Source: Octopus vulgaris (lineage: Eukaryota). Taken from it: a stretch of DNA of 64,000 nucleotides. The stretch covers positions 65,658,001 through 65,722,000 of the forward strand of contig OX597832.1 of the NCBI GenBank assembly GCA_951406725.2, in the 5' to 3' direction. Within the stretch, counting starts at the first letter, position 1, and the number at the start of each line of letters is the position of its first letter. The notes beneath the pieces are model-generated. The model saw only the letters and a program-made list of their open reading frames with translations, was not told where the DNA came from and did no database searches. This document shows, one piece after another, positions 16,030-29,976 of this stretch. The position numbers and the translations under genes were made by a program.

Positions 16030-16236
16030 GGTCTCAAATTTTTCCACAGGGTCAACCATTTTGCGGGGGACTAGTCGATTACATCGACGCCATTGTTTCA
16101 CTGGTACTTCATCGACCCCGATAGGATGAAAGGCAATGTCGACCTCGGTGGAGTCTGAACTCAGAACGTAGCGACGGGCGAAGTAATGCGAGACATTTAG
16201 CCTATCATGCAAACATTTCAGCCAGCTCAGCGCCTT
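16030..16236 (-). mobile_element. tRNA-derived SINE family 1, near full length
   Basis: Minus-strand head GGCGCTGAGCTGGC, B-box-like GAGTTCAGACTCC, core CCGAGGTCGAC.TTGCCTTTCATCC. Confidence 0.8.
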
Positions 16237-16239
16237 ATG

Positions 16240-18488
<2,249 letters not shown>

Positions 18489-18507
18489 TATAATAATAAT
18501 AATAATA

Positions 18508-21178
18508 GGGTCTGTACCATCAAAAGAAGAAGTGCAGAGATTTTGGAATAAAATCTGGGCAGAAGAAAAAACACACAACGAAAAGGCCCCTGGATTGACA
18601 GAATATCTACAGAACTGGACCCCTTAGAAGAGCAAAAGTGGGAGGGTGTCAAGGTAGAAGATATAAGATCTGCTCTCAGGAGGTCAAGCAAATGGAAGTC
18701 TCCAGGAAAGGATAAAATTCCTAACTTCTGGCTGAATGCCTTCCCAGAGAGCCATGAACTGCTAACAGAACTGTACAATGATGTTTTGCAACACCCTAGT
18801 AGGATGCCTCCTTGGCTAGTTAATGGGTTAACATTCCTGCTTCCAAAAAGTGAAGAAACAAATGAACCAAAAAACTATAGACCCATAACTTGCTTAACAA
18901 CTATGTACAAAACACTAACATCTGTCCTGACGGAATATACCTATAGTTTTTTAACAGACAGCAGCATATTCCCTAATGAACAGAAAGGATGTAAACGTGG
19001 ATCCTACGGCTGTAAAGACCAACTACTCATCAATAAGATGATCTTAGAAGATTGTCACAAACGACACAAAAACTTATCAATAGCCTGGATAGACTATAAA
19101 AAGGCTTTTGATAGCCTACCACATAGCTGGATTAGAAAATGCCTTGAAATGTATAAGATAGCACCAACTCTGCGAAACTTCTTGACTGTAAGTATGAGAT
19201 CATGGAGAACCACACTAACTCTGAACAGTGACAGTGAATTCCTAAATGCTGGTGATGTAAAAATTTCGTGTGGCATTTTCCAGGGTGACTCACTGTCACC
19301 ACTCCTCTTTTGTTTATCCTTAATACCTCTCTCAAAGCTGCTCAATGACGCGCAGTACGGGTATAAAATGTTTGATAAAAATATAAATCATCTCGTTTAC
19401 ATGGATGATTTAAAGCTTTTTGCAAAAAATGATCAACAACTCAAGGGCTTACTAGCGATAGTCAAACAATTCAGTGACGACATCAGAATGCAATTCGGCC
19501 TCGATAAATGTGCAAAGGCTACCTTTATCAAAGGAAAAATGACAGAAACATCTAACGTTAACCTTGACCAACAGAATGTCATAAAAGAACTAGACCCAGC
19601 GGAGAGCTACAAGTACCTAGGGATAATTGAAGGGAACGGAATAAGGCATTCAGAGATGAAGGAAAGGATCAGGAGAGAATGCTATCGAAGAGTGAGAGCA
19701 ATACTCAAGACAGAGCTGAATGCAAGAAACAGGATCGAAGCAATCAATGCATTAGCTATACCAGTCGTGACTTACAGTTTCAATATTGTTAACTGGTCAA
19801 TTACTGAAATATGTCAGCTCGACAGAAAAATAAGGAAACTGTTGACAATGCATAGAATGCACCACCCTAAGGCAGATACAGAACGACTCTATCTGCCAAG
19901 AAAAGAGGGAGGCCGTGGTCTTTTGCAACTGGCAATAACAATGAAGATTGCTACAATTGGCCTAGACACCTACCTGAAAAACTCTGAGGACTGGATGCTA
20001 AAACTTGTCTCAAAACATGAAAACAAGAAAGCATCATACTCAGTCACAAAACAGGCAAAGGAATATCTAAGTGAATTCCGAATACAACCAATTTCGGAGA
20101 TAGATATACAAGAAACAAGCACAGAAAAAGCTAGGCGCATGAAAACCCGTGCCAAAACTGCGGCCTTAGATATTCTGAATAATAAATGGCAAGAAAAACC
20201 TCTCTATGGCAAATACCCAAAGAGAGCGAATAATGCAGATATCGACAAAGCCCTGACCCATCAATGGCTAATGGCCTCTGGCTTAAAATCTGAAACAGAG
20301 GGGTTTATCATAGCAGCTCAAGATCAATGCCTACCAACAAGAAACTACCAGGCCAACATATTAAAGATCAGAAGCAGTCCAACGTGTCGTGTATGCAAGC
20401 AACAAAATGAAACCATTGACCATGTGGTCTCCAAGTGCAGTCTTCTAGCGCCTACAGAGTATCTCAACAGGCACGATAGAGCTGCACAATATATTCACTG
20501 GGTAATCTGTAAAAACCTGGATTTGCCCCATGAAAAAAACTGGTGGGAACACAAACCACCCCCAGTGCTTGAAAATGACCACATCTCACTCCTCTGGAAC
20601 TTCACCATTCAAACTGACAGGAAGATAGGTGCAAATAGGCCAGACATCATATTGAAAAACTTCAAACAAAGAACATGCCTCCTCATTGATATGACTGTCC
20701 CAATCGATATAAACGTATCTGTCAAGACCTGCCAAAAACTGAGCAAATATAAAGATCTTGAAATAGAAATCAGCAAAATGTGGAAGCTGAAGACTAAAAC
20801 AATACCTGTTGTCATAGGTGCCCTGGGAATGATAGCAAAAGGGGCTGATAGCTACCTAACTCAGATACCAGGAAACCCAAAAATGGCAGAAGTTCAAAAG
20901 ATAGTGCTCATGGGAACTGCTCATATCCTACGCAAAATACTCTCTATGTAATCTCAAGGTTTAAAACAAACATAATTTTCGGTTTAAAAAAAAAAAAAAA
21001 AAAAACCTTTTTTTTTTTTTTTTATTTTTAGACATTCATTAGTACAACATCCCCACCCCCCAAATATATGGCACACTAGGCATAACAACAACATGAACTT
21101 CCAACCCTGTTGTCTCTTGAGGTCTCTGGGTGAGACTTGGAGCCAACTTGTACAAATATAAAGCAAAAGTCAAACATA

Positions 21179-21179
<1 letters not shown>
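18508..21179 (+). mobile_element. R4/Dong-like family B, 5'-truncated (~2.7 kb), young
   Basis: Long open RT-REL frame, ~230 bp 3' UTR, (AAT)n both sides. Confidence 0.97.
18786..20951 (+). CDS. Non-LTR retrotransposon polyprotein fragment: reverse transcriptase, CCHC zinc knuckle, restriction-like endonuclease (frame open from ~18591; N-terminus missing)
   Basis: NYRPITCL, WIDYKKAFDSLPH, GIFQGDSLSPLLF, YMDD, YKYLG, CRVCKQQNETIDHVVSKC, RHD, RPDII..IDMTVP, KLSKYKDL; upstream WKSPGKDKIPNFW in the same frame. Confidence 0.93.
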   Translation: MQHPSRMPPWLVNGLTFLLPKSEETNEPKNYRPITCLTTMYKTLTSVLTEYTYSFLTDSSIFPNEQKGCKRGSYGCKDQLLINKMILEDCHKRHKNLSIAWIDYKKAFDSLPHSWIRKCLEMYKIAPTLRNFLTVSMRSWRTTLTLNSDSEFLNAGDVKISCGIFQGDSLSPLLFCLSLIPLSKLLNDAQYGYKMFDKNINHLVYMDDLKLFAKNDQQLKGLLAIVKQFSDDIRMQFGLDKCAKATFIKGKMTETSNVNLDQQNVIKELDPAESYKYLGIIEGNGIRHSEMKERIRRECYRRVRAILKTELNARNRIEAINALAIPVVTYSFNIVNWSITEICQLDRKIRKLLTMHRMHHPKADTERLYLPRKEGGRGLLQLAITMKIATIGLDTYLKNSEDWMLKLVSKHENKKASYSVTKQAKEYLSEFRIQPISEIDIQETSTEKARRMKTRAKTAALDILNNKWQEKPLYGKYPKRANNADIDKALTHQWLMASGLKSETEGFIIAAQDQCLPTRNYQANILKIRSSPTCRVCKQQNETIDHVVSKCSLLAPTEYLNRHDRAAQYIHWVICKNLDLPHEKNWWEHKPPPVLENDHISLLWNFTIQTDRKIGANRPDIILKNFKQRTCLLIDMTVPIDINVSVKTCQKLSKYKDLEIEISKMWKLKTKTIPVVIGALGMIAKGADSYLTQIPGNPKMAEVQKIVLMGTAHILRKILSM

Positions 21180-21241
<62 letters not shown>

Positions 21242-21281
21242 TAATAATAATAATAATAATAATAATAAGAAGAAGAAGAAG

Positions 21282-21794
21282 AATTTACTAGTTGGAAGTG
21301 TTATCATGTACATTGTTTTGTTATGGTATAAAAGATGGGCTACAGCAAATATTCTGCTCAATACCACATATTTGCTTGTCAGTTCTTTGACCTTAACCAG
21401 GTGAGCATGTCCCTTAGTGGCTGACGATATGTGCATCTCTGATCACGACCAGAAGTAGTGGGGGAGCATCATGGCGATGTGTTGAGAGGGATTCTTTGGG
21501 GTTTGAATAATTCACCTCTGGAAACATGGGTGTTTCGTTCAACATCCTTAAACAACCCTTATTCAGGGACCTTTCGAGTGGGATGGGTTACTCGACAAGA
21601 AGAAAATTCTAACTGGGCCCCACCTGCAAGGTCATGCGCTGTTTATCTTGATATGAAATCACCATGTCGCGCAAATACGGTTGTGATGCATGTGCCTGGA
21701 GTACACTTATCAGATAGGTAGTCATGATGGGTATACTTGGCTTCGTATATTTTACCCCTGTGTCATTTTGATGGCATGCACTACTCTCTAACTC
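21282..21794 (+). mobile_element. Non-coding ~510 bp insert in the (AAT)n array; probable 3' UTR or non-autonomous element of another TAA-associated family
   Basis: Complex sequence bounded by (AAT)n/(AAG)n and (AAT)n; no coding motif recognised; strand inferred from tail. Confidence 0.5.
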
Positions 21795-21801
21795 AATGAT
21801 G

Positions 21802-21873
<72 letters not shown>

Positions 21874-21900
21874 GTAATAATAATAATAATAATATTAGTA

Positions 21901-21937
<37 letters not shown>

Positions 21938-21981
21938 TAATAATAACCACAACAATAATAATAATAATAATAATAATAATA

Positions 21982-22014
<33 letters not shown>

Positions 22015-22061
22015 GTAATAATAGTAATAATAATAATGATGATGATAATAATAATAATGAT

Positions 22062-23030
<969 letters not shown>

Positions 23031-23037
23031 TTAATAA

Positions 23038-23150
23038 TACTTTGTATTAAAAGCACAAGGCCTGGAGTTTTGAGCGACGGTGCTAGTCGATTAGATCAGC
23101 GTCAGCGCTTTAGTGGAACTGAATTTATTGACACTGAAAGAGTGAGTAGG
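23038..23150 (-). mobile_element. SINE family 1, degenerate 3' half with (ATT)n tail
   Basis: GCACAAGGCCTG...TAGTCGATTAGATC...AATTTATTGAC matches 61676-61790. Confidence 0.65.
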
Positions 23151-23324
23151 TAAACAATGTGTCTGTTTAAATGGTAAAAGTTCAGCCTCCTCAGTGATTG
23201 AACTAGTAGTGTCATATATTAGACTATGTAATCTTCAGGATCATGTTGTAGTAGTGACAGTTATGTTTTATAATTTACTACTGTGAGGAGATGGCTAAAG
23301 TGTATGCTATATATATATATATCT

Positions 23325-23376
<52 letters not shown>

Positions 23377-23732
23377 GAAGAGATTGGACTTATTGTTACG
23401 TGTTACGATCTGGCATATGTTACCTTAAAATTACTTATGTTTTATATTCACGTGAATGGGTTTTCTACCGCGTCAAAATGATTCTCTCTCCAATCTTTCG
23501 TTGAAACTGTCATATTCAACAATAAAGGTAATTCTGATTCCTCCAGTGTGATGCCTGTTAGATTATAATCTGCGATTTATAAACATTACTTGGACTTCAG
23601 CATGTGTGGAAGATTTTCTCCTACTGAAGCATTGTTCCCTTCAAAACATTCTGTTAACTACTGTCTACATGCTGAATATACTCACCAGTCACATTTCACA
23701 TGAGTCTTTTCACATACACTTCTTCTCTCACC

Positions 23733-23772
<40 letters not shown>

Positions 23773-23775
<3 letters not shown>

Positions 23776-25860
23776 AAAATAAGAGAAGATAGAAAATGAT
23801 AAAATAATGTTATCATGAATTCCATTTTAGTAACGGTTACCATGCTTTAGACTTTTTCAACTAAAAGTAGAATAAGAGAAAGCATTTGAACTGGAGAAAA
23901 GAATTTGAGTGAAATGTTTTGCAAATATTTCCATAGTCTTCAAATAGTCTGCATGTCTGTCACTCTCTTCCTTGGTGAATGCTTGGTAGGTAGGTAGTAA
24001 TAAATCTGAAGGAATAGTTTTATGAGTACAGAGGTTTGACGGTTTAAATAGGATTAGCCGAGAGAGGAGAAGGAACACAAGTAGGAGAAGAAGAAGAATG
24101 AGAAGAAAAATAAGAAAAATGAAGGAGGCGGAAAAGGAAAAGAAGATGAAGGAAGAGAAGCAGGAGTAGTGAAAGAAAAAGAGGAAAGAGAAAGAAAAGA
24201 AAAGATAAGAAAAGAAAAAAACAGTGGAGTGCTGTGACAGTAAGTTGTTCGTGGAATCTTCTTTAATGGTCAGATGGCATAAAAGTGATCTGTTGTGGTC
24301 TTAGCAGTTGTGGTTGGAATTGTTCTAAATTCTTCTAGTAGTTTCATCTATGGTGGATGCATTCAATGTAGGTTTATATCTTGTTACAGAATATGCTTCT
24401 TTTCTAATGTGCTGATTATAGGTTGCATTGTCCCTGAATTTCTAGAGGGGAAAATTTAAAGTGGGGTCGTTCGTTAATGGTGCAAATATCGATGTGCTTG
24501 CTTAGTCCTGTTTTTCTGCATTCTCGTATTTTAATCTGTGATCTATGTACGATCACCCTCTGACGTAGACTGTCTTAGTTGGACCAAATTTATTGTTCTC
24601 GACACTCTGAGAAAGTTAATACATATATTACGTTTTCCGAAGCACATATGAAGTTGTTTTTCATTGTAAAACGTTGACCTGTTTGAAGGAGATTTCCGAT
24701 CAATTTGATTGACACATATGACACAGGTAGATTTTTCGCAATTTTTTATTATCGATTTCGATGTTGCTGACGAGTGTGCTTGGGCCTGTGTTAGAAGAAT
24801 TTTCGTTGACTTAGGCTGTCGCTGGTCTTTATGATGGTCTACGCTTGCAGGATGTGATCCATTCTATGGTCTCTTTTTAGTAAAGGGATGTTCTGGGGGA
24901 TGGATTAGGGGTTGTGCGCGGATATGTATGGTAGGGCTTTTGGTTGTAAATCCTTCTTTAGCTTGGAGTGTCTGAGTTCGTAGATGTTGAGTTGTAGCGC
25001 ACGTTGAAAGACTATATCAATTTGTGATGGTGGGTAGTTCCTGATGATAAGTGTATCCTTTAGCTCATGTTGTCATGTGTCACTTGTTCTGGTATCAGAT
25101 ACAAGGTTGTAAGGGATATACATTCAAGTGTGTCTGTGGTGGCATGAGTTGAGCGGAAGATATTGTCTGGAGTCCGTTGGCTTATACTATATGTCTATTT
25201 GTATTTTGTTGTTGCTTGTTGCTGGAATTCTTAATGAGGATATCGAGGAATGGAAGTTGTTGGTGGCTATATTCCATCAGAATTGAATTCTTATGTCAAG
25301 TCTATTCAAAATTGCTTTAAATTCTATAAGTCTATCTATACTTTCATGCCAAAGAGTGACGCAGTCATCTAGATACTTTTTCCAGTTATTTTCTTTGAAC
25401 AGGGAGAATGGGTTTCCGTATTTTTATAGTACCTTACGATAAGGATTGATTTCTAGTTTAGCAAGATTAGTTAAGCAAAGGAGGGGGTCATTTGATGGCC
25501 TATCGCAATCCCCGATACTGTCGATGGAATTTGTCATTATATAGTTATTCTCCAAGATGAATTTTAGCCATTCTATTACGAATTCTTTTTTTAATGTGGT
25601 GTGGGAGTTGATTGGCGTAATTCTTTCGCCAGAATTGGATTGCTTCTCATCCTAGGCTGTAAGGGATATTGGAATAGAGTCTGACTACATTAAAGTATGC
25701 TAGTAGGGTGTATTTATTTATTGTGACAGGGAAGCGATTGAGCATATCTAGATGGTCACACATATAGATTTGGACATGCTTGAGGACTGGTTATAAGAGT
25801 GTATCTAAAATGTTACTAAGGCAGTGATTTTCGTATGCTATTATAGGTCTTCATTTGAGT
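23773..25860 (-). mobile_element. Penelope-like element, degenerate RT plus GIY-YIG plus 3' pLTR, abutting (TA)n
   Basis: Minus-strand LAYFNVVRLYSNIP (~25670-25705), YLDDCVTLW (~25350-25376), LRQRVIVHRSQIKIRECRKTGLSKHIDIC (~24480-24570); end similar to 3361-3450. Confidence 0.8.
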
Positions 25861-25899
25861 TCATTAAGAGAAGGTACATTGGCTATTATGTCTGTGTAT

Positions 25900-26296
25900 T
25901 TTCAAACCTGCAGCTGAGAGGCACACCTTTACACATTTTACACATGTTTGTTGGGACTTGTAATAGCCACATCACCGTTTATCATGGGTCGATTCCTGTC
26001 TGATTTTTTATGGCTGCCTCAAACACATATTCCCACAAAGTACACATGCAAAAAGCAACACTCTTACTTTCCACAGGTCCCCTCCTCCTAAGATCCTCCT
26101 AATTATCTTATACATCTCCATCTCAAACCCTGAAAAAACCCACTATGCACTGTCTTCCTCTCTCTCTATCCCGGTTTTGTGCCCCCCCTCTCAAGCACCA
26201 ACTGCAATTCATGTATGTATTAGAGCACTTTAAGGCAATCCTTAAACCCTAGTTTAGACTTATACGGTGGTCTCCTGCCGTCTTCCAGCTCACCAT
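25900..26296 (-). mobile_element. RTE-clade LINE 3' fragment, degenerate
   Basis: GELEDGRRPPYKSKLGFKDCLK followed by a CxxC-like FACVLCG. Confidence 0.6.
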
Positions 26297-26300
26297 GCAA

Positions 26301-26405
26301 TGTATGTATGTATGTATGTATGTATGTATGTATGTATCTATCTATCTATCTAACTATCTATCTATCTGTCTGTTTGTCTGTATGTCTATCTATCGAGCTA
26401 TCTTC

Positions 26406-26472
<67 letters not shown>

Positions 26473-26473
26473 C

Positions 26474-26525
<52 letters not shown>

Positions 26526-26565
26526 ATATCTACCTATATATCTATCTATCTATCTATCTATCGAA

Positions 26566-26599
<34 letters not shown>

Positions 26600-26606
26600 G
26601 TCTATT
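26301..26606. repeat. (TATG)n-(TCTA)n microsatellite
   Basis: Directly visible. Confidence 0.97.
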
Positions 26607-26609
26607 TAT

Positions 26610-26820
26610 AGGGAGAGTTGACGAAAAGAACAAAACATGAAGGCAGGTGGTGTACAAAACAAACAGATGTATTAGTATAAGTATTTTACGTCTCGAGCCT
26701 ACGCTCTTCTACAGAAAGGATACAGAAAAAAACAAGGAGAGAAAAAATAGAGAGAAAAAAATGGTTGTAGGGGCTAATGATCTATCATGGCGTCTGACTC
26801 GGAGAGAAGGGTCACAGCCC
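26610..26820 (-). mobile_element. Short interspersed repeat with hammerhead-like motif (probable Penelope pLTR remnant)
   Basis: Homologous to 62375-62520 and 51507-51570; motif CUUU-CUGUAGAA-GAGC-guag-GCUC-GAGA-CG-UA-AAA. Confidence 0.55.
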
Positions 26821-26845
26821 TATATGCATGTATATATATATATAT

Positions 26846-27095
26846 TTCGGTTTTGGATTTGGTTTGCAAGATTCTTTATATGAGTTCGTATGTTGAAGCA
26901 TATTCTGTTGTGTCTGGGGAGAGTCATTCTCTTTTAGTGCCTTATTATTTAACACACTCAATAGTCAAGACTATTGAAATGGTTGGAAGACGCAACGAAA
27001 ATTTTAGAGAACAAGAATAAGAAATAAGTGATTTTACCGGTGAGTGTGTTAAATAATAAGGCACTAAAAGAGAATGACTCTCCCCAGACACAACA

Positions 27096-27101
<6 letters not shown>
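26846..27101. repeat. Element in (TA)n containing a perfect ~61 bp inverted repeat
   Basis: ATATTCTGTTGTGTCTGGGGAGAGTCATTCTCTTTTAGTGCCTTATTATTTAACACACTCA (~26900-26960) and its reverse complement (~27041-27101). Confidence 0.9.
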
Positions 27102-27153
<52 letters not shown>

Positions 27154-27897
27154 GTGCATACACACATACACACATATATAATACATATGCAATCGCTTGA
27201 CAATGATGTAAAGCGTGTAAGATACTTGTTTTTGTTCCTGTTGTTCATATTAAATACATATTCAACTTTGGTCAAAAAGTCGTTTTACTGAAGGCATGAA
27301 GCACTGGCCAGAAATTACCGCTACATAGCAATGTAGATCCATTATACATACTCCCGGTTTAAAGTTGCCTGTAACTTGAGGAAGATTCTGCAAGTGTTAC
27401 TTTTGTTTCTATCTTATATCATTGAGCCACCGATTTGAAGGCTTCCTCTTGTCTATACGAGATACACTATTACATCAATAAAGAATTTAAATGATTCAGA
27501 TTAAAGAAAACTGATGTTAGAATATTTCGTGTTTACGTTTTAGAAGAATACGAAAATTTATTATAACTTTTTTCCTTACAATTTTTAGTGCGGATAAATT
27601 GCTTTGCAATATTTAACTGCATATGTGAATGTTCTGTGATTAAATGGACATACCTTCATTTTGCTTTTGGTATTGCAGATGATTAACTCTAGGTGGAACA
27701 CCAGCGCTCATACCTATAATAAAATCTAACTACCACCACCACCACAATATTTTATATATTAAGAACGTATTTTTTTCACATAAATCAAGGAGTGTGTTTT
27801 AGAAGATTTTCAACTCGCTTCTAACAGGTAAGCACATACGTAGACCTCTCTTGAACTAGTTCTTTTACGCATACATATGCATAAATACATACATACA

Positions 27898-27949
<52 letters not shown>

Positions 27950-27950
<1 letters not shown>

Positions 27951-28150
27951 TTTATTTAAAAGGAGCAGAAATTCAACAAAACCTGTTACTCGGAGTTTCA
28001 CGTTCCTGGTCGTCGGACAGTTTTATTAAAACAAAACCCGAGTAACAGGTTTTGTTGAATTTCTGCTACTTTTAAATAAAGCTTATTTCTCTACCCCTGG
28101 TATTTGGGTACTCTTTTTTCCACCTTGTTTCACATTTATGTGTTTACTCC

Positions 28151-28152
<2 letters not shown>
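27950..28152. mobile_element. Probable Penelope pLTR remnant in (TA)n with ~44 bp inverted repeat and hammerhead motif
   Basis: Arms ~27950-27993 and ~28038-28081; minus-strand CUGU-CCGACGA-ccaggaacgu-GAAA-CUCCGAG-UA-ACAG at 27983-28020. Confidence 0.65.
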
Positions 28153-28233
<81 letters not shown>

Positions 28234-28436
28234 ATATTCAGTAAAATGCACTAACTTGAGGCGAGATTATCGTTCGTCGTTAAATGCTAAATATATATAT
28301 CCTTAAACATGTATGCCACATAAAGATCTTCAACATTTTATCAATGAAAATTCTATCCTCCATGTTACATGATTATCTAGCGTCTACTTTATCCCTAGAC
28401 CTCCGGAGATAGACTACACTCATATTCTATTATCTA

Positions 28437-28498
<62 letters not shown>

Positions 28499-28539
28499 AA
28501 CACAGACACACATGCACACACACATATACATACACATAC

Positions 28540-28570
<31 letters not shown>

Positions 28571-29141
28571 ATGCGTAGGCTTTTTACGTTGAGAAAATTG
28601 AGGTTAAAAGTGCAAAGAATTGTTTCCTTTTCACTTATCTTAATAAGCATTCCAGTATATTAACAGATATCTGCGAGGGAACCATAGCCGCTGCTTTACT
28701 GAATGAACGAGATATAGTACTTTATACTTCAAAAGCACCTTTTTCTTCGGTACCAGGATGCTCTCTACGTATCTGTTATCTATACGCATGAATAGATTGA
28801 ATAATTTATAAATTTCACTGTAGGATCTACAATGTAGCTGGGAAACAATCCATGTGAAGTGAATGCACGAAATGAAAGATAGGTGCCAATGATGAGAAGA
28901 GAGAACAACTCGCATTATCCGCCCACATTCTCTATAAAATGAACCCAAAACATATTGATGCCAATATTGGTCTTCACCATTAACTTGTCAATAAAAACCA
29001 CAATCAAGTACATAGATAGTATCTCATCATTAGCGTTTAATTTCTCTCTTTTCATTCATGTATTTGCGTGTGACGCTGCCTCTGTGTTTGTCTACATATA
29101 TACGTACGTACGTACATGCATACATACATACATACATACGT

Positions 29142-29976
29142 TCATTTGTTGCGCAAAAACATTTCAACCACGTACCTGATGCACAAAAATGAATCAACCG
29201 AGTACATGATGCACACAAGGATATCAACCAAGTACCTGATGCACAACAGGAATACAGGTGCAGTATAATATGACAACCGATGCAAACTTTGTGGAATTAA
29301 CACCGAACATTTCACCCAAATTATAAGCAATTGCCCAAAAATATTATTATGGTATTATCTACCGATGAGACATTATGTTGTTTCTAGGTTACTCTGTAAT
29401 GAAATCCGTCTCAAGGATAACCCCGAGGACAAAGAAATAAGAACTTAGAGTATGGTAGAAGCCATAGCCACGCATAATACAAAAGGAGTACTGGTTGAAT
29501 GTCTCGGTGAAGACCTCAATAAAATGTAAACACAACAGACCTGATATAATGATTTGAGATAGAGAATAGAAACTGTGTACACTTGTAGAAATTGTCTGCC
29601 CAGCGGATGTTAACATAAAGCTGAAGATCAGTGTAAAAGAGAAATCTTTAGTTACTCAATCCAGATTACAAGTTCAGGTTTATACTTGTAATTATTTGGT
29701 TCCTGGGATATGCAACACACTGTAACTAAATGCCAATCTTGAGAAATTAGGCTTCTCAAATCCAGAAAGGAAACAGCTAATTCGAAGACTACAGATCCAT
29801 TACATCATTGGAATTGTAAAAATCTGTAAAACTTTACAGAAATTTAACATTTAAATATATATGAGCATGTCTAGATATGCTAATATGCATGAGAATACAT
29901 ACATAAAGCTAAACATACAAATCTGCACATATACATACATATATGCAAACAAAAATACCTTGAAATAAAACGTACA
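29142..29976 (+). mobile_element. Degenerate RLE non-LTR retrotransposon 3' fragment (family E) flanked by (TACA)n
   Basis: Not in ORF track; manual translation gives RCKLCGINTEHFTQIISNCPK..YYLPMRH and EYWLNVSVKTSIKCKHNRPDIMI*DRE*KLCTLVEIVCPADVNIKLKISVKE. Confidence 0.8.

Noticed and set aside
29161-29250. CRISPR-like ~30 bp repeats
   Set aside because: No spacers, eukaryotic context, and the unit is retrotransposon coding sequence
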